From: Anaeromyxobacter sp.
Lineage (GTDB): Bacteria > Myxococcota > Myxococcia > Myxococcales > Anaeromyxobacteraceae
Length of the DNA stretch: 64,000 bases
Direction of reading: 5' to 3'
Assembly: GCA_049840735.1 (NCBI GenBank)
Contig: JASGJN010000012.1
Coordinates: forward strand, 32,001-96,000
Shown: positions 11,646-23,335 of the stretch, piece by piece
How the letters are laid out: every line of letters starts with the position of its first letter
Position numbering within the stretch: the first letter of the stretch is position 1
The notes under the pieces: model-generated
The model's database searches: none
What the model saw: the letters and a program-made list of their open reading frames with translations, nothing else
Told to the model about the DNA's origin: nothing
Translations under genes and position numbers: made by a program

Positions 11646-11725
11646 CGCCGTCCCCTTCCACACCGCGCCGCCCTGGCGCCACTCGCCCGCCATCCACGGA
11701 GCGCCCCGCCGGCGCCCCTGTCGCC

Positions 11726-12233
11726 CTACCCGGTGCCCGGCGACTGCAGCGCCGACACCGTGGCGACCGCTCCGCCCACCTTCTCCATCCGCCGGAGGGC
11801 CGCCCGCGCCTCGCGCTCGGCCCGCCCCAGCTCGTCCTCGAACTGCCTGCGGCGCGGGTGCTCCCGCGCCTTCCGGGCCAGCTCGCCCAGCAGCTCCTGG
11901 AGCCCCTTCTCGACGTCCTCCAGCCGGTTGCGCACCGTGACGAAGCTGCCCCGGATGTCCTCGACCGTGTAGCCCTCCGCCATCATCCGCTTGATGAGCG
12001 CGATCCGCCGGACCACCGAGACCGGGTAGAGCCCGCTCGATCCGGTGTGCTTGCCCTTCCGCCCGACGCGCCGGCTGCGGGGCAGGAGCCCCATCTGCAC
12101 GTACTTCCGGAACGTCGCGGCCGAGAGGCGCGCGCCCTTCGACTCGAACAGCGCCACGACCTCGCCGCTCGAGATCCCCGCCGGGTGTTCCCGCTCGACG
12201 CGGGCGATCTCCATCCGTGCGAAGGAAATCCAT
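11726..12233 (-). CDS. MerR-like HTH transcriptional regulator (probable 1-nt error near start)
   Basis: [14 protein letters not shown]...GLYP...[18 protein letters not shown] plus C-terminal coiled coil. Confidence 0.75.
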
Positions 12234-12371
12234 TGAGAAGATTCGCCTCAAGGTCCGATTCCGAAAACTTGATTTCGACGGTAATCCATTGAATGGCGAA
12301 GGTCAACGCGGAACGGGGGAGACGCGCTGGCGCAGCGCGGTCAGGTGGGGCGAGGGGGACCGGGCGAGGGG

Positions 12372-12480
12372 GAACCGGAGCCGGAGCCGGAACCGGAAGC
12401 GGACGCCGTAGCCGTACGCCGTAGCCGTAGCCGTAGCCGTAGCCGGGACCGGAGCCGGAGCCCGAACCGGAGCCGGAACC
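12372..12480. repeat. Intergenic hexamer microsatellite (GGARCC)n/(GCCGTA)n
   Basis: Directly visible. Confidence 0.8.
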
Positions 12481-12506
12481 TCAGCAACTCAAGGCTGTTG
12501 GATGGC

Positions 12507-14060
12507 TCAGCGCTGCGTCAGCGGCGCGTTCCAGGTGGTCCGCGCGCCAGCCGCGATCTCCACCAGGGCCTCGCGGGTCCCGTAGCTGGGGTGCGTGGCC
12601 CGGACCCGGTGGCGGCCCGGGGGCAGGGCCAGCGTCACCGGCGTCTCGCCGATCACGCGCCCGCCGACGCTGACCACCGCCCAGGGCGTGGCGATGACGT
12701 GCAGCTCGCCCGTCCGTGCGGCGGCAGCGCCGGCGGCGGCCGGGATCGGCGGGACGCCCGGGGCGCGCGCGTCGGGGGAGACCTGCTCCGCCCCTGCGGC
12801 CAGCGCGGCGGCGATCTCGCCGGAGCGGGCCGGCGCGTCCTCCGGGGCGGCGTGGGTGGGAGGAGGAGCCACCGGCGGCGTCGCGGCCGCCGGCGGAGCG
12901 GCCTGGGCCGATGCGCCCGGCGGCACCGCCTCCACGGCCGCCCTGGGGCGCGCCCGCCCCCACAGCCCGGCCAGCAGCGCGCAGGCCGCCAGCGCCGCCG
13001 CGGCTGCGGCCAGGGCGCGGCGCGGCCGGCGCGCGCGCGGGATCGGGGCGGCGGTCCGGGTGGCGGAGGTGGGCTCCTGCGGCGGCGGCGTGGGCGCCGG
13101 GGGCGGCGGGCGCACCTTCGTCGGCTCGCGCGGGCCGCTCCCGGCGGTGCCCTCCGGCCAGAGCCGGTGCATGAAGGCGCGCAGGTCCCAGTCGGCGGGC
13201 GAGCCGGCCAGGCGGAGCAGCGCGGCGCCCAGGGCGCCTGCCAGCGCCTCCGAGGTGGGACGGCGCGCCGGATCGCGCTCCAGCGCCCCCAGCACCACCT
13301 CGTCCAGCTCCGCCGGCACCGACTCGTTCCAGGCCGACGGCGGCGAGGGAGGCGGCCCGTCGAGCAGCGCGGTCAGCGTGGCCGCGTCGGTCTCGCGGGC
13401 GAAGAGCCGGCGGCCGGCGCACAGCTCCCAGAGGATCACGCCCAGCGCGAAGACGTCGGCGCGCCCGTCGAGCGGCTCGCCCCGGGCCTGCTCCGGCGCC
13501 ATGTAGGCCACCTTGCCCTTGACGGTGCCCGGGGCCGTGAGGCCGGCGCCGCCCATGGCGCGGGCGATGCCGAAGTCGGCCAGCTTCACCTCGCCCTCGA
13601 ACGAGACCAGCACGTTGTGCGGGGAGACGTCGCGGTGGACCAGCCCCAGCGGCTGGCCGCCCTCCGCCAGCCGGTGCACGTAGGCCAGCGCGGTCGCCAC
13701 CTGCGCCGCCAGGTGGACGGCCCGGGCGACCCCCAGGCGCAGCCCCAGCGAGCGCGCGCGCTCCACCACCCGCGCCAGGTCCCGCCCCTGCACCAGCTCC
13801 ATGGCGAGCGAGTAGCGGCCGTCGATCTGGTCCAGCTCGAACACCTGGACCACGTTGGCGTGGGAGAGGCGGCAGGCCAGCCGCGCCTCCTCCACGAACA
13901 TCCGCGAGAAGTCGCTGTCCGCCTCGTGCTCCCCGCGCACCAGCTTGAGCGCGACCTCCTTCACCACCCCGGCCGCGCCGGTCACCTCGGCGCGCCACAC
14001 GTCGGCCATCCCGCCCGAGGCGAGGGGCTCGAGCAGCCGGTACCTGCCGAACGTGCGCAC
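12507..14060 (-). CDS. Hanks-type Ser/Thr protein kinase with TM and C-terminal PEGA-like domain
   Basis: LASGGMADV, HRDVSPHN, DFG, YMAPE; C-terminal GETPV.L.L.PGRH. Confidence 0.93.
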   Translation of the reverse strand: MRTFGRYRLLEPLASGGMADVWRAEVTGAAGVVKEVALKLVRGEHEADSDFSRMFVEEARLACRLSHANVVQVFELDQIDGRYSLAMELVQGRDLARVVERARSLGLRLGVARAVHLAAQVATALAYVHRLAEGGQPLGLVHRDVSPHNVLVSFEGEVKLADFGIARAMGGAGLTAPGTVKGKVAYMAPEQARGEPLDGRADVFALGVILWELCAGRRLFARETDAATLTALLDGPPPSPPSAWNESVPAELDEVVLGALERDPARRPTSEALAGALGAALLRLAGSPADWDLRAFMHRLWPEGTAGSGPREPTKVRPPPPAPTPPPQEPTSATRTAAPIPRARRPRRALAAAAAALAACALLAGLWGRARPRAAVEAVPPGASAQAAPPAAATPPVAPPPTHAAPEDAPARSGEIAAALAAGAEQVSPDARAPGVPPIPAAAGAAAARTGELHVIATPWAVVSVGGRVIGETPVTLALPPGRHRVRATHPSYGTREALVEIAAGARTTWNAPLTQR

Positions 14061-14192
14061 GATCCGGGGATTGTAGCCGACGTGTGCGGACCGTGAAGTT
14101 CACGCTGCGGAAGGATGGGGCCCCGACGTGCGACGGGGGGCGCGGCCTGGCTGGCCACGCCCCCCGGGGTTCCAGCGGACCTGCGACGAATG

Positions 14193-16023
14193 CTACCGGC
14201 CGGCGCGGACCACCGCCCGCGCCGCGGTGCGGCGGCGGCGCAGCACCAGCAGGACCGGCACCGCCAGCAGCGCCGCCAGGCCGGCGCCGCCGGTCGAGGC
14301 GCAGCCGCCGCCCGCGGAGGGCTGGCCGGAGGCCCCGGGGCCGGCGCCCACGGTCGGCGCCGACTTGCCCAGCTTCTGCAGCAGCCGGGTGGCCAGCTTC
14401 TCGCGGGCCGCCATCAGCGTGGCGGCGTCCACGTCGGTGGACCAGTTCTGCGGGAAGAGCTCGCGGGCGATCTCCCGGGCGCCCTCGCGGTCGCCCGCGT
14501 CCGCCAGCAGCTTCAGGTACTCGTAGTCCTCCATGCCCTCGCGGATCATCTTCAGGCGGATTCGAGGCGACCGGGATGTCGGTCTTGCCGCCGATGCGCG
14601 CCGGGGTGCCCGGGTAGAAGAGCGTCCCGTCGCCGTTGCCGGAGAAGTCCCACTGGTTGGACCAGGCGTCGTGGGAGAAGGCGTAGCCGGTCTCCCAGTA
14701 CAGCTCGCCGGTCGCGTCCGACAGGAAGGAGAGCCACTCCATGGCGCGGTTGCGGGAGGCGGAGGCGTCGATCATGTAGCTGGGCCAGCCCTCGAAGTAG
14801 CGGTCGCTGTCGGACGGGTTGCCCATGTCCACCGTCCCGCCGCAGCCGTGGCTCATGCAGCTCTGGTAGAGCCACAGCTCCTTGGTCTTCCCGGACTCCA
14901 GGAAGGCGTCGTAGCGCGGGCGCTGGTCGCCGGCGACGGCGCTGCCCGGCTTGTCGTCGGTCCAGTTGATGACCGGCACCATGATGTCGATGTCGTCGGC
15001 CGCGCCGTGGTCCTCGGCGTCCCAGATCTGCGTGGTCACCAGCGTGCGGAACTCGCTGTCGGCGTCGTGGGCGGCCTTGGCGCGCGTCGGGATGTCGCTC
15101 CAGGCGCAGGTGAGGGGCGGCTCGTCGCAGGTGTAGTCGAAGAGCCGGTCGAACCAGCCCTGGCCGCGGGCATGCTCCGCCCACTGCTTGTGCTCCTCCA
15201 CGCTGGTGCGGCTGCCCACGTACTTCACCGCGGTCAGCTTCGCGCCCGGCAGGCGGGTCGGGGCGGTGCCGTCCACCAGCGCGCCGAAGTACTGCTCGAA
15301 GTGGTCCATGCCCCGGATGCCGTCGTCGTTCATGCCGGTGATGGTGACGCGGTGGTCGAGGCCGAGCTGCGCGTACTGCGCGCGGAGCACCGAGCCGCCG
15401 TCGCCGGCCAGCGAGCCGTGGCCTGAGGGCACCGCGCCGTAGGACATGCCGAAGCTGGAGCGCAGGGAGGCGGTCGAGGGGAGCGCGAAGTCCCAGACCA
15501 GCAGCGTCACCGGCACGGTGGCCTCGCCCTCCGCGGAGCGGACCGTCACGCTGCCGGCGTAGGTGCCGGGGGCGGCGTCGGGCGGGACGCGGACGTCCAC
15601 CCAGATGGCGCGGCTCTCGCCGGCCTTCACGTCGAAGGGGAAGGCGTTGCGCTGCTCGCCCACGACGTCGTCCACGTCGGGGACCAGCGCGTCCGGCCAC
15701 GGGCCGGTGCCGCCGTCCACCGCGGACGGCTGGCGCAGCTGGATGAGCTCCTCGCGGTAGAGCTTCACGTCGTCGATCTTGCCGGGGCCGGTCAGGGCGG
15801 TGACGCTGGCGGACACCTTCGTGGCCGGGCCGGTGACCACCACCTGGAACGACTCGAACTCGTTCCGCGCGGCGGAGATGCGGGCCTCGGTGACGTCGGC
15901 CGGCCTGGCGTCGGGCCGGATCTTCTCGGTCGCGGGCGCGACCCAGACGTCGCCCGCGTGGGCGGCGGTGGGGGCGAGCGCCAGGATCGCGAGGGCGGCG
16001 GCGAGCGCATGGTGGAGGTTCAT
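14193..16023 (-). CDS. Secreted DUF4091/GH123-like glycoside hydrolase with MYXO-CTERM-like tail (frameshift about 14561)
   Basis: Signal peptide, AARNEFESFQ, GNGDGTLFYPG, S-IRLKMIREGMEDYEY, C-terminal GGC-TM-RRRR. Confidence 0.8.
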
Positions 16024-16401
16024 CGGTCGGCTCCTTTCCGGGTTGGGTGCAGCGCCCGGACAACGGGAGGCCTACCGACCGAATTTCTCTCCCCCTGGTG
16101 AGGAGACGTGCGTGGAAGAGGGTGCAGCGAGGGCGCGCGCGGGGCGCGTCCGACGTGAGGGGCCGCGCGCCGCGTGCGCCCCCACGGGGCGGCACACGCA
16201 GCTCGCTCGGCTGATTCTTTTGCTGGGGCCCAGCGGCGCGGGCTGCAGCCCGGCTTCTCCTGCGGCGCGGCGGGCAGGGGCCGGCCCGGCGCGCCCGTCA
16301 ACGGGCGCCGCTCAGGCCGTGGACATTTGGGGGCGCAAGCGGGTGATCACCTCGGCGCGGCCGCCGGGGCCCGCGCCGCGCTCACCCGCCTCGAGCTTCG
16401 C

Positions 16402-16980
16402 TCACTCGCCGAGCGGACCGATCACGCTGGCCGGGAGCGGCGGCGGCCGCTGGCCCGAGCGCACCGCGGGCAGCGGCGGCGGGCGCGCCGGCGGCGGCAG
16501 CAGGGGGCGCGACGAGGCGGGCTCGAGCCGGGCGTGGACGGGCGCGATCACCGCCGGTCCGCGCTCCAGCAGGTCGATGCGCAGGCGGACGCGCTCCAGC
16601 CGGTCCAGCGCCGCCGCCAGCGCCTCGTCCAGCCACTCGTCGGCCGCGCGCCGCTCGTCGGCCGAGACGATGCGCCCGCCGCGCCGGAGCGCGTCCCACA
16701 GCGCCCGGTGGAGCAGCTTGAACTCGCGCGCCACCCGCGCCGGCTGGGCGCTGGACCGGACCAGCACCGTGCAGCGCGAGAGCGCGTCGCCGGTCCGCGC
16801 CCGCAGCGCGGGCGCGTCGCCGCGCAGGGCCAGCGCCAGCTCGCGCAGCAGGGGGCCGGCCGCGAAGCCGATGGCAGGCTCGCCGCCCAGCTCCGCCTCC
16901 ACCAGCCGCTTCCACGTCTCCTGGATCTCCGCCCGATGCTCCTCGACCAGGAGCCCCACCGCCACAGCGCCCACCCTCAC
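16402..16980 (-). CDS. Hypothetical helical protein with Pro-rich tail
   Basis: GTG start; typical codon bias (EEHRAEIQETWKRLVE...REFKLLHRALW). Confidence 0.55.
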   Translation of the reverse strand: MRVGAVAVGLLVEEHRAEIQETWKRLVEAELGGEPAIGFAAGPLLRELALALRGDAPALRARTGDALSRCTVLVRSSAQPARVAREFKLLHRALWDALRRGGRIVSADERRAADEWLDEALAAALDRLERVRLRIDLLERGPAVIAPVHARLEPASSRPLLPPPARPPPLPAVRSGQRPPPLPASVIGPLGE

Positions 16981-17247
16981 CTCCCCGCGGGATCCCCGCA
17001 CCGTGGGCGTCGGGAGAGCAAGGCGCCTGCCACGGGCCCGCGGGGCGCGCGGGAGGACCTGTACGGCGGCCGCCGGCGGCAACGGTGAAAGGGCTTGCCC
17101 AGGCAGTGGCGCGGGGGACCCCGGCGCGGCCTGCGCGCGGGCCGCCCCGGCGCGGGAGGCGTCCGTCCGGGCACGCGCCGCGCGGCGGGCTTGCGCGCAG
17201 CGTGTGGGCGGGCGTGCAGCGCGCGGGCGGCGCGGGAGCGGGCGGGC

Positions 17248-19351
17248 GTGGGATCGATCACCTACTACGGGTTCCTGGCGCGGCACGTGCCCGCGCGGCG
17301 CATCCTGGCCACCGCCGCGCGGAAGGCGGTGCGCGGCGCCTGGAACCGGCTGGTGCCCCCGCTGGCGCCCGACGCGGCGGGGCTGCTCGCCACGCTGGGC
17401 TGCGACGGCGCGGACGACCTCGCGGCCCTGCTGGCGCGGCCTCGGCCGGGCCGCCCGCCCTGGACGCCCTCCGCCCTGGCGCGAGCGCTGGACCGCCACC
17501 TCCCCGGCGAGCGGGAGCGGGCGCTGGGGCGGGCCCAGGCCGCGGCGGCGGGGCGGTTCCAGCTCTGCGGACGCTGGGTGGACGTGCGCCGGCCGGACGG
17601 CGGGCTCGACTGGCAGCGGGACGCCGTGAACGGCGGCCGCTTCGCCGGGCACGCCCCCTCGGCGAGCCTGCCGCCCGCCCCCGGGCTCGACCCCAAGATG
17701 GCCTGGGCGCTGGGGCGCGGGGAGCACTGGGTGGCGCTGGCCGCCGGCGCGGCGGCGGACCCGGGCGGCGGCGCTGCGCTCGCGGAGGCGCTCTCCGCCT
17801 CGGTGCGCGACTTCGTGGCGGTGAACCCGGTCGGCCAGGGGATCCACTGGACCTGCGCCATGGAGGCGGCGCTGCGCGCCTGGAACCTGGTCCAGGCGCT
17901 CTGGCTGCTGGCCATCCGCCGCCCTCCGGATGCGCCGCTGGCGATGGCCGCGGCGCGCCTGCTGGTGACCACCGGCCGGTTCGTGACCTCGCACCTGGAG
18001 GACGACACCGCCGTCCCCAACAACCACCTGACCACCGACTGGCTGGGGCTCCTGGCCTGCGCGGAGGGGCTGCCGGAGTGGCCGGAGGCGCCCCGCTGGC
18101 GCGCGCAGGCGCTCTCCGGGCTGCGGGCCGCGGCGGTGGCGCAGGTGCTGCCGGACGGGATGAGCTTCGAAGGCTCGGTCCCGTACCACCGCTTCTCGCT
18201 CGAGCTGTTCACCGCCGCGGCGCTGCTGGCGCACGCGGCGCGGCGCGGGCTGGGGCACGCCTACGCCCTGCGCCTGCACCGCATGTTCCGCGCCTCGCGG
18301 GCCCTCACCGCCGCCTCCGGGGACCTGCCGCAGCTGGGCGACAACGACGCCGGCCACGCGCTCACGGTGTGCGATCGCGGCCCCACCGAGGCCGCCTACC
18401 TGCTGCCGCTGGGCGCCGCGCTCTTCCGGGACCCGGCGCTGCGGGTGGTGCGCGGCACGGCCGGGGCCGGCGAGGTGGCCTGGCTGCTGGGGCCGCGCGC
18501 CCTGGAGTGGCTGGCGCGCGCACCGGCCGGCCCCGCCCGGCGCAGCGCCGCGTTCCCGCACGGCGGTTATCACGTGCTGCGCCGCGGCCCGCTGGAGGCC
18601 TTCGTCTCCTGCGGGCCGGCCGGCCAGGCCGGGCTGGGCGGCCACAACCACAACGACCGGCTGGCGCTGGAGCTGCGCGTGGGCGGGACGCTGGCGGTCT
18701 GCGATCCCGGCATGCCGGTGTACGGACGCGATCCCGATGCAGCGGAACCGGTTCCGCGCCACGGCGGCGCACGCCACCGTGCGGCTGGACGGGATGGAGC
18801 AGGTGCCCTTCCCTCCCGGCCGGCTCTTCGCCCTGCCCGACGGGGCGCACGCCCGCCTGCTCGCCTTCACCACCGGGGCCGAGGCCGATCACCTGGCCGG
18901 CGAGCACCACGGCTACGGGGCGCGCGCCGGGGTCGTGCACCGCCGCGACCTGTGGGCCACCGCCTCGGGGCTGGTGGTCGTCGATCGCCTCCTCGGGTCG
19001 GGGACCCACCTCGTCGAGCTGCGCTGGCCGCTGGCCACCACGGCCGCCCAGCTGCGCCGGCTGGAGCCGGCGGAGCAGGCCGCCCTGGCGCGGCTGGCCG
19101 CGGCGGCGCGGCTCCGGCCGGCGCTGGACCGCGCGCGCGCGGTGGAGGTGCCGCTGGGCGGCCAGGGGCGGCTCCTGCTGGCCTTCGCCTGCCCGCCCGG
19201 CCTGGCGGCCACGGTGGCGCCGGTGCCGCGCTCGCCCGGCTACGGCCAGCTGGTGGAGGGCGCGGTGGTGGTCCTCTCCGGGCCGGTGCCCTGCCCGGCC
19301 ACGCTGATCACGCTCTTGCTGCACCTGAACCGAGGGAGCCCGCCCGCATGA
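17248..19351 (+). CDS. Heparinase II/III-family protein (frameshift about 18735)
   Basis: NNHL, DG.SFEGS..YH, PQLGDND, GHNHND.L, DPG...Y, RNRFRATAAH.T. Confidence 0.85.
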
Positions 19352-20691
19352 TCTCGACCGAAGCCGCCCCCCAAGCGTCGGGGCTCCTGGCCCGCCTGGC
19401 CGACCGCACCGCCCACGTGGGCGTGGTGGGCCTGGGCTACGTGGGGCTGCCGCTGGCCCTCACCTTCGCGCTCCGCGGCGGGCTCCGCGCGCTCGGCATC
19501 GACGTGGACCCGGCCAAGCCCTCGGCCATCCGCGCCGGGCAGAGCTACCTCGAGACGGTCGACGCGCGCGCCGTGGGCGACGCGGTCCGCGCCGGGCGGC
19601 TGGACGCCACCACCGACTTCGCGCTGGCCTCCGGCTGCGACGCGCTCATCATCTGCGTGCCCACGCCGCTCACCCGCGAGCGCGAGCCGGATCTCTCCTA
19701 CGTGATCCGCACCGGCGAGGCCCTCGGCCCGCGGCTCCGGGCCGGGCAGCTGGTGGTGCTCGAGTCCACCTCCTACCCCGGCACCACCGAGGAGGTGCTG
19801 CTGCCGGTCCTGGAGCGGACCAGCGGGCTGCGCGCCGGGCGCGACTTCCTGCTGGCCTTCTCGCCGGAGCGCGAGAACCCCGGCTCCGGCGTGGCGACGC
19901 ACACGGTGCCGAAGGTGGTGGGCGGCTGCACGCCGGCGTGCCTGGAGGCGGCGCTGGCGCTGTACCAGGCCGGCTTCGAGCGGGTGGTGCCCGTCTCCTC
20001 CACCCGCGTGGCCGAGATGACCAAGCTGCTCGAGAACGTGTTCCGCTCGGTGAACATCGCCCTGGTGAACGAGCTCAAGATGCTCTGCCACCGCATGGAC
20101 CTGGACGTGAACGAGGTGATCGACGCGGCCTCGACCAAGCCCTTCGGCTTCATGCCCTTCCAGCCCGGGCCCGGCCTGGGCGGACACTGCATCCCCATCG
20201 ACCCGTTCTACCTGACCTGGAAGGCGCGCCAGTACGAGTTCCAGACCCGGTTCATCGAGCTGGCCGGCGAGGTGAACACCGAGATGCCGCGCTACGTGGT
20301 GCAGCGGGCCATGGAGGCGCTCAACGCCCGCGGCCGCGCGCTGAACGGCGCGCGCGTGCTGGTGCTGGGCATCGCCTACAAGAAGGACGTGGACGACATG
20401 CGCGAGAGCCCGGCCGTCCGGCTGATCGAGCTGCTGCACGAGCGCGGCGCGCAGGTCGTCTACCACGACCCGCACGTGCCCCGGATCCCGCAGATGCGCC
20501 AGCACCGGCTGGACATGGTGAGCGTGCCGCTCACCGACGACGCGCTGGCCTCGGCCGACCTGGTGCTGATCGCCACCGACCACTCCTCGATCGACTACGC
20601 GCGGGTGGTGGAGAAGGCGGCGCTGGTGGTGGACACCCGCAACGCCTGCCGCGGCGTGCGGGTGGGCCGGGAGCGGATCGTCAAGGCCTGA
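19348..20691 (+). CDS. UDP-N-acetylhexosamine/nucleotide-sugar 6-dehydrogenase (WbpA/TviB-like)
   Basis: GLGYVGLP, CVPTP, ESTSYPGTT, FSPER, GPGLGGHCIPIDP, YKKDVDDMRESP. Confidence 0.93.
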   Translation: MISTEAAPQASGLLARLADRTAHVGVVGLGYVGLPLALTFALRGGLRALGIDVDPAKPSAIRAGQSYLETVDARAVGDAVRAGRLDATTDFALASGCDALIICVPTPLTREREPDLSYVIRTGEALGPRLRAGQLVVLESTSYPGTTEEVLLPVLERTSGLRAGRDFLLAFSPERENPGSGVATHTVPKVVGGCTPACLEAALALYQAGFERVVPVSSTRVAEMTKLLENVFRSVNIALVNELKMLCHRMDLDVNEVIDAASTKPFGFMPFQPGPGLGGHCIPIDPFYLTWKARQYEFQTRFIELAGEVNTEMPRYVVQRAMEALNARGRALNGARVLVLGIAYKKDVDDMRESPAVRLIELLHERGAQVVYHDPHVPRIPQMRQHRLDMVSVPLTDDALASADLVLIATDHSSIDYARVVEKAALVVDTRNACRGVRVGRERIVKA

Positions 20692-20736
20692 GACGACGCC
20701 AGAGCGCCGCGCCGGCCGCCGTGCTAGGTACGGGGC

Positions 20737-21162
20737 GTGACCTCCCGGCTCGCCCTCTTCGCCCTCGCCCTCTGCGCGCTCCCTGCGCGCGCCGACGCGC
20801 CGGATGCGCGCGCCGCCACCCTGCAGGCCATGGAGGCCGAGCTGGGCCGCTCCATGGGCCGGCTCAGGCTGGAGGGGTACGACGCCCCCTACTTTGCCTC
20901 CTACCAGGTGGTGGAGACGACCCGGCACGAGCTGGGCGGCCGCTTCGGCGCGCTCTTCACGGACCGCACCCGGCGCAGCCGGACGCTCAGCGTGGACGTG
21001 CGGGTGGGGAGCTACGAGCTCGACTCCTCCGGTCCGGAGGAGAACGCCATCCTCCTGGGCGCCGACGGCCCGAGCTGGTCGGCGCCGCGCGAGGCCCCGC
21101 TGGACGGGGACGTGGCCGCGCTCCGCAACGCGCTCTGGCTGGTGACCGACGAGCAGTACAAG
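20737..21162 (+). pseudogene. 5' half of a secreted TldD/PmbA-family metallopeptidase, interrupted by the CRISPR/IS insert
   Basis: Signal peptide, AMEAELGRSM..L, VRVGSYELD; ends LWLVTDEQYK where repeat-like sequence begins. Confidence 0.8.
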
Positions 21163-21239
21163 CTTCAGGGGCCGCTCCCGAGACAAGCCCCCAGACCGGC
21201 CCACCCAGGGGGCCCTCGTAGGAGCAGAGCCGCGCACAG

Positions 21240-21804
21240 GCTTCAACGGGGCCGCTCCTCGTGAGGAGCGGAGAGTCCCACCGACGACCCCGTCCCGGGC
21301 TCGTTCGCTTCAACGGGGCCGCTCCTCGTGAGGAGCGGAGAGCCCCACGGCCGCGACCATGCCTTCGCCTCCGTGCGGCTTCAACGGGGCCGCTCCTCGT
21401 GAGGAGCGGAGAGGCCGACGCCAACACAAGACCGCTGAACGTCTCTTCAACGGGGCCGCTCCTCGTGAGGAGCGGAGAGGTCGAGGCCCGCCGCTCCCGT
21501 CGGGCTTCAACGGGGCCGCTCCTCGTGAGGAGCGGAGAGGCTGCAGCCAGATCCAGATGCGGCCGTCACAAGCTTCAACGGGGCCGCTCCTCGTGAGAAC
21601 AGGGGCCGCCCTCGTGAGGAGCGGAGAGCCGGGGATGAGGCCCACAACGAACGCGGCGCTTCACGGGGCCGCTCCTCGTGAGGAGCGGAGAGGGCGCTGA
21701 GAACACCGAGTCGCGAGGCGCAGCTTCAACGGGGCCGCTCCTCGTGAGGAGCGGAGAGCCTCCTGCGCGCGCCCGGCGACGTCTTGCTTCAACGGGGCCG
21801 CTCC
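21240..21804 (-). CRISPR. CRISPR array block 1: 9 repeats (GCTTCAACGGGGCCGCTCCTCGTGAGGAGCGGAGAG on +), 8 spacers of 24-35 nt; two degenerate repeat relics at 21162-21229
   Basis: Repeats start at 21240, 21307, 21378, 21444, 21504, 21572 (internal partial duplication), 21658, 21723, 21786 (cut by IS). Minus-strand form has an 8-bp stem and ends GTTGAAGC, resembling type I-G (I-U) repeats. Confidence 0.95.
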
Positions 21805-22350
21805 TGTGATCGGCCACACCGATCCGTGTGAAGTGCGGCCAGGAGATCGAGCGCCGGAAACTTCGTGAGCCTGCGGCGGGCAGGTACGACGGAGAGGTCA
21901 CGCGTCGAAAGGACGAAGGCCGGGAGCGGCAACTCCCAGCCTTCCGTGTCGAGCGAGGGCGCGTCGACGTACGCAGCCTCGCCCGAGACGAGCGCCATGG
22001 CAAGAAGTCGGCGCGGGCAAGGGCGTGCCCGATCACCGGCTGGCTACATGCGCGCGCTGTCGCGCGTCGTTCTCGCTCTGTCGCGCGTGTGACCGAGGCC
22101 AGGTCTTCTGCGGGCCGGCGTGTCGGGCAGCGGCGCGCTCGAGGTGATCCGCGCGGCGCGGAGGCGTCATCGTCAGAGCGACGAGGGCAGGCTCGACCAC
22201 CGGGATCGGGAGCGTGCGCGGCGCGCTCGGCGGTCAGCCCGCGTGGGGATCTGGGTTCCGAGAAGTTGCCGTCGTCGCCGATGGTCCGCGCGGACGCTGG
22301 CGCGTGCGACTCCACGGTGGAGCCGGGCGTCGCCGCGCCCGAGGTTCATC

Positions 22351-22721
22351 ATGAGCGAAACGATCACGGTCACCATCGCCCCCAGCCGGACCGCGTGATC
22401 CTGGCCACGACGGCGACGCACGACGTTCTCAAGGCTGTCCTCGGACCGTCGCGCCGGTCTCATCCGAGAGCGGCGGCGACGTTGCTCGAGGGGCTCGCCC
22501 TCTGGCATCAGCAGCCCCTCTCCGTTGTGCTGTCTGCGGACGCCTCGGACGATGGTACCGCGCTGGGCCTCTGCGACGCGCTCGGGTTTGGACGCTCGCT
22601 CCACTACGAGGTCGCCCTCGCGTACGCGGATCGCTGGCACGGGCGCCGACGACGTGATCGTCGAGGGCTCGGTGACTTCCGCGACCTGCGCCAGCTCTCG
22701 TTCTGGGAGGCGTCGCGATGA
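22351..22721 (+). CDS. IS passenger hypothetical protein upstream of istA (frameshift about 22395)
   Basis: MSETITVTIAPS..RVI...AAATLLEGLALWHQQPLSVVL...GLGDFRDLRQL; ATGA-coupled to istA. Confidence 0.6.
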
Positions 22722-23070
22722 CGGTGAGCATCGCGACCGCCGCGAGATCCGGCGGCTCTACTTCGCCGAGCATTGGAAGCGCGGGACGATTGCCGCCCAG
22801 CTCGGGGTCCACTTCGACACCGTGGCGCGCGTGCTCGGCAGCTTCGGCCCCAAAGCCGGGACGCCAAGGCCCGAGGCTCGCGTTCTCGAGCCGTACGTCG
22901 CGTTCGTCGATGAGACGCTCGCGCGTCACCCGCGTCTCGTATCCACCCGCATCCACGACATGCTCGTCGAGCGCGGCTACAGCGGCAGCCTCCGCACGCT
23001 CCGTCGTACGTTCGCGCCAGTCGGCCAGCGCCGCGCAACGAGGTCTACGTGCGCGTCGAGTCCCTCAGCA
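22718..23070 (+). pseudogene. istA: IS21-family transposase IstA, N-terminal fragment
   Basis: REIRRLYFAEHWK.GTIA.QLGVH.DTV, LEPY..FV.ETL.RHPRL.STRI..ML.ERGYSGS...LRR; degenerates after about 23070. Confidence 0.8.
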
Positions 23071-23335
23071 GGCGGTGGCTCACGTGAGCTTGTTGCGCGA
23101 TGTGGGCCGAGCTCGTGGTCAAGAGTAGCAGCGCACGAGAAAGGCAAGGTCAGCGCATCCGCATAGCCTCGGCCTCGCTCTCCATAGCTGGGCCACGTCG
23201 TCACACGTCGTCCCACAATTCGTGCGTCCCAGCCTCAGCGTGGCTCACGCACGTCGCGAGGCGAAGGCGTCCCCGCCAGACATCGAGCAGCTCTCACATA
23301 AATATCAAAAGAGTAATAGGGGCAGAGAGAAAAAA

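Larger units (their letters stand above)
21805..23335 (+). mobile_element. Truncated IS21-family-like element inserted in a CRISPR repeat (right boundary uncertain)
   Basis: Begins TGTGATCGGCCAC inside repeat 9; carries a passenger ORF and an IstA N-terminus; no istB or clear right IR. Confidence 0.7.

Noticed and set aside
17095..20691. 1198-aa heparinase-dehydrogenase fusion ORF (likewise the 12481-16023 and 9403-11697 extensions)
   Set aside because: Created by frameshift read-through or over-extended starts; separate genes with their own starts fit better.
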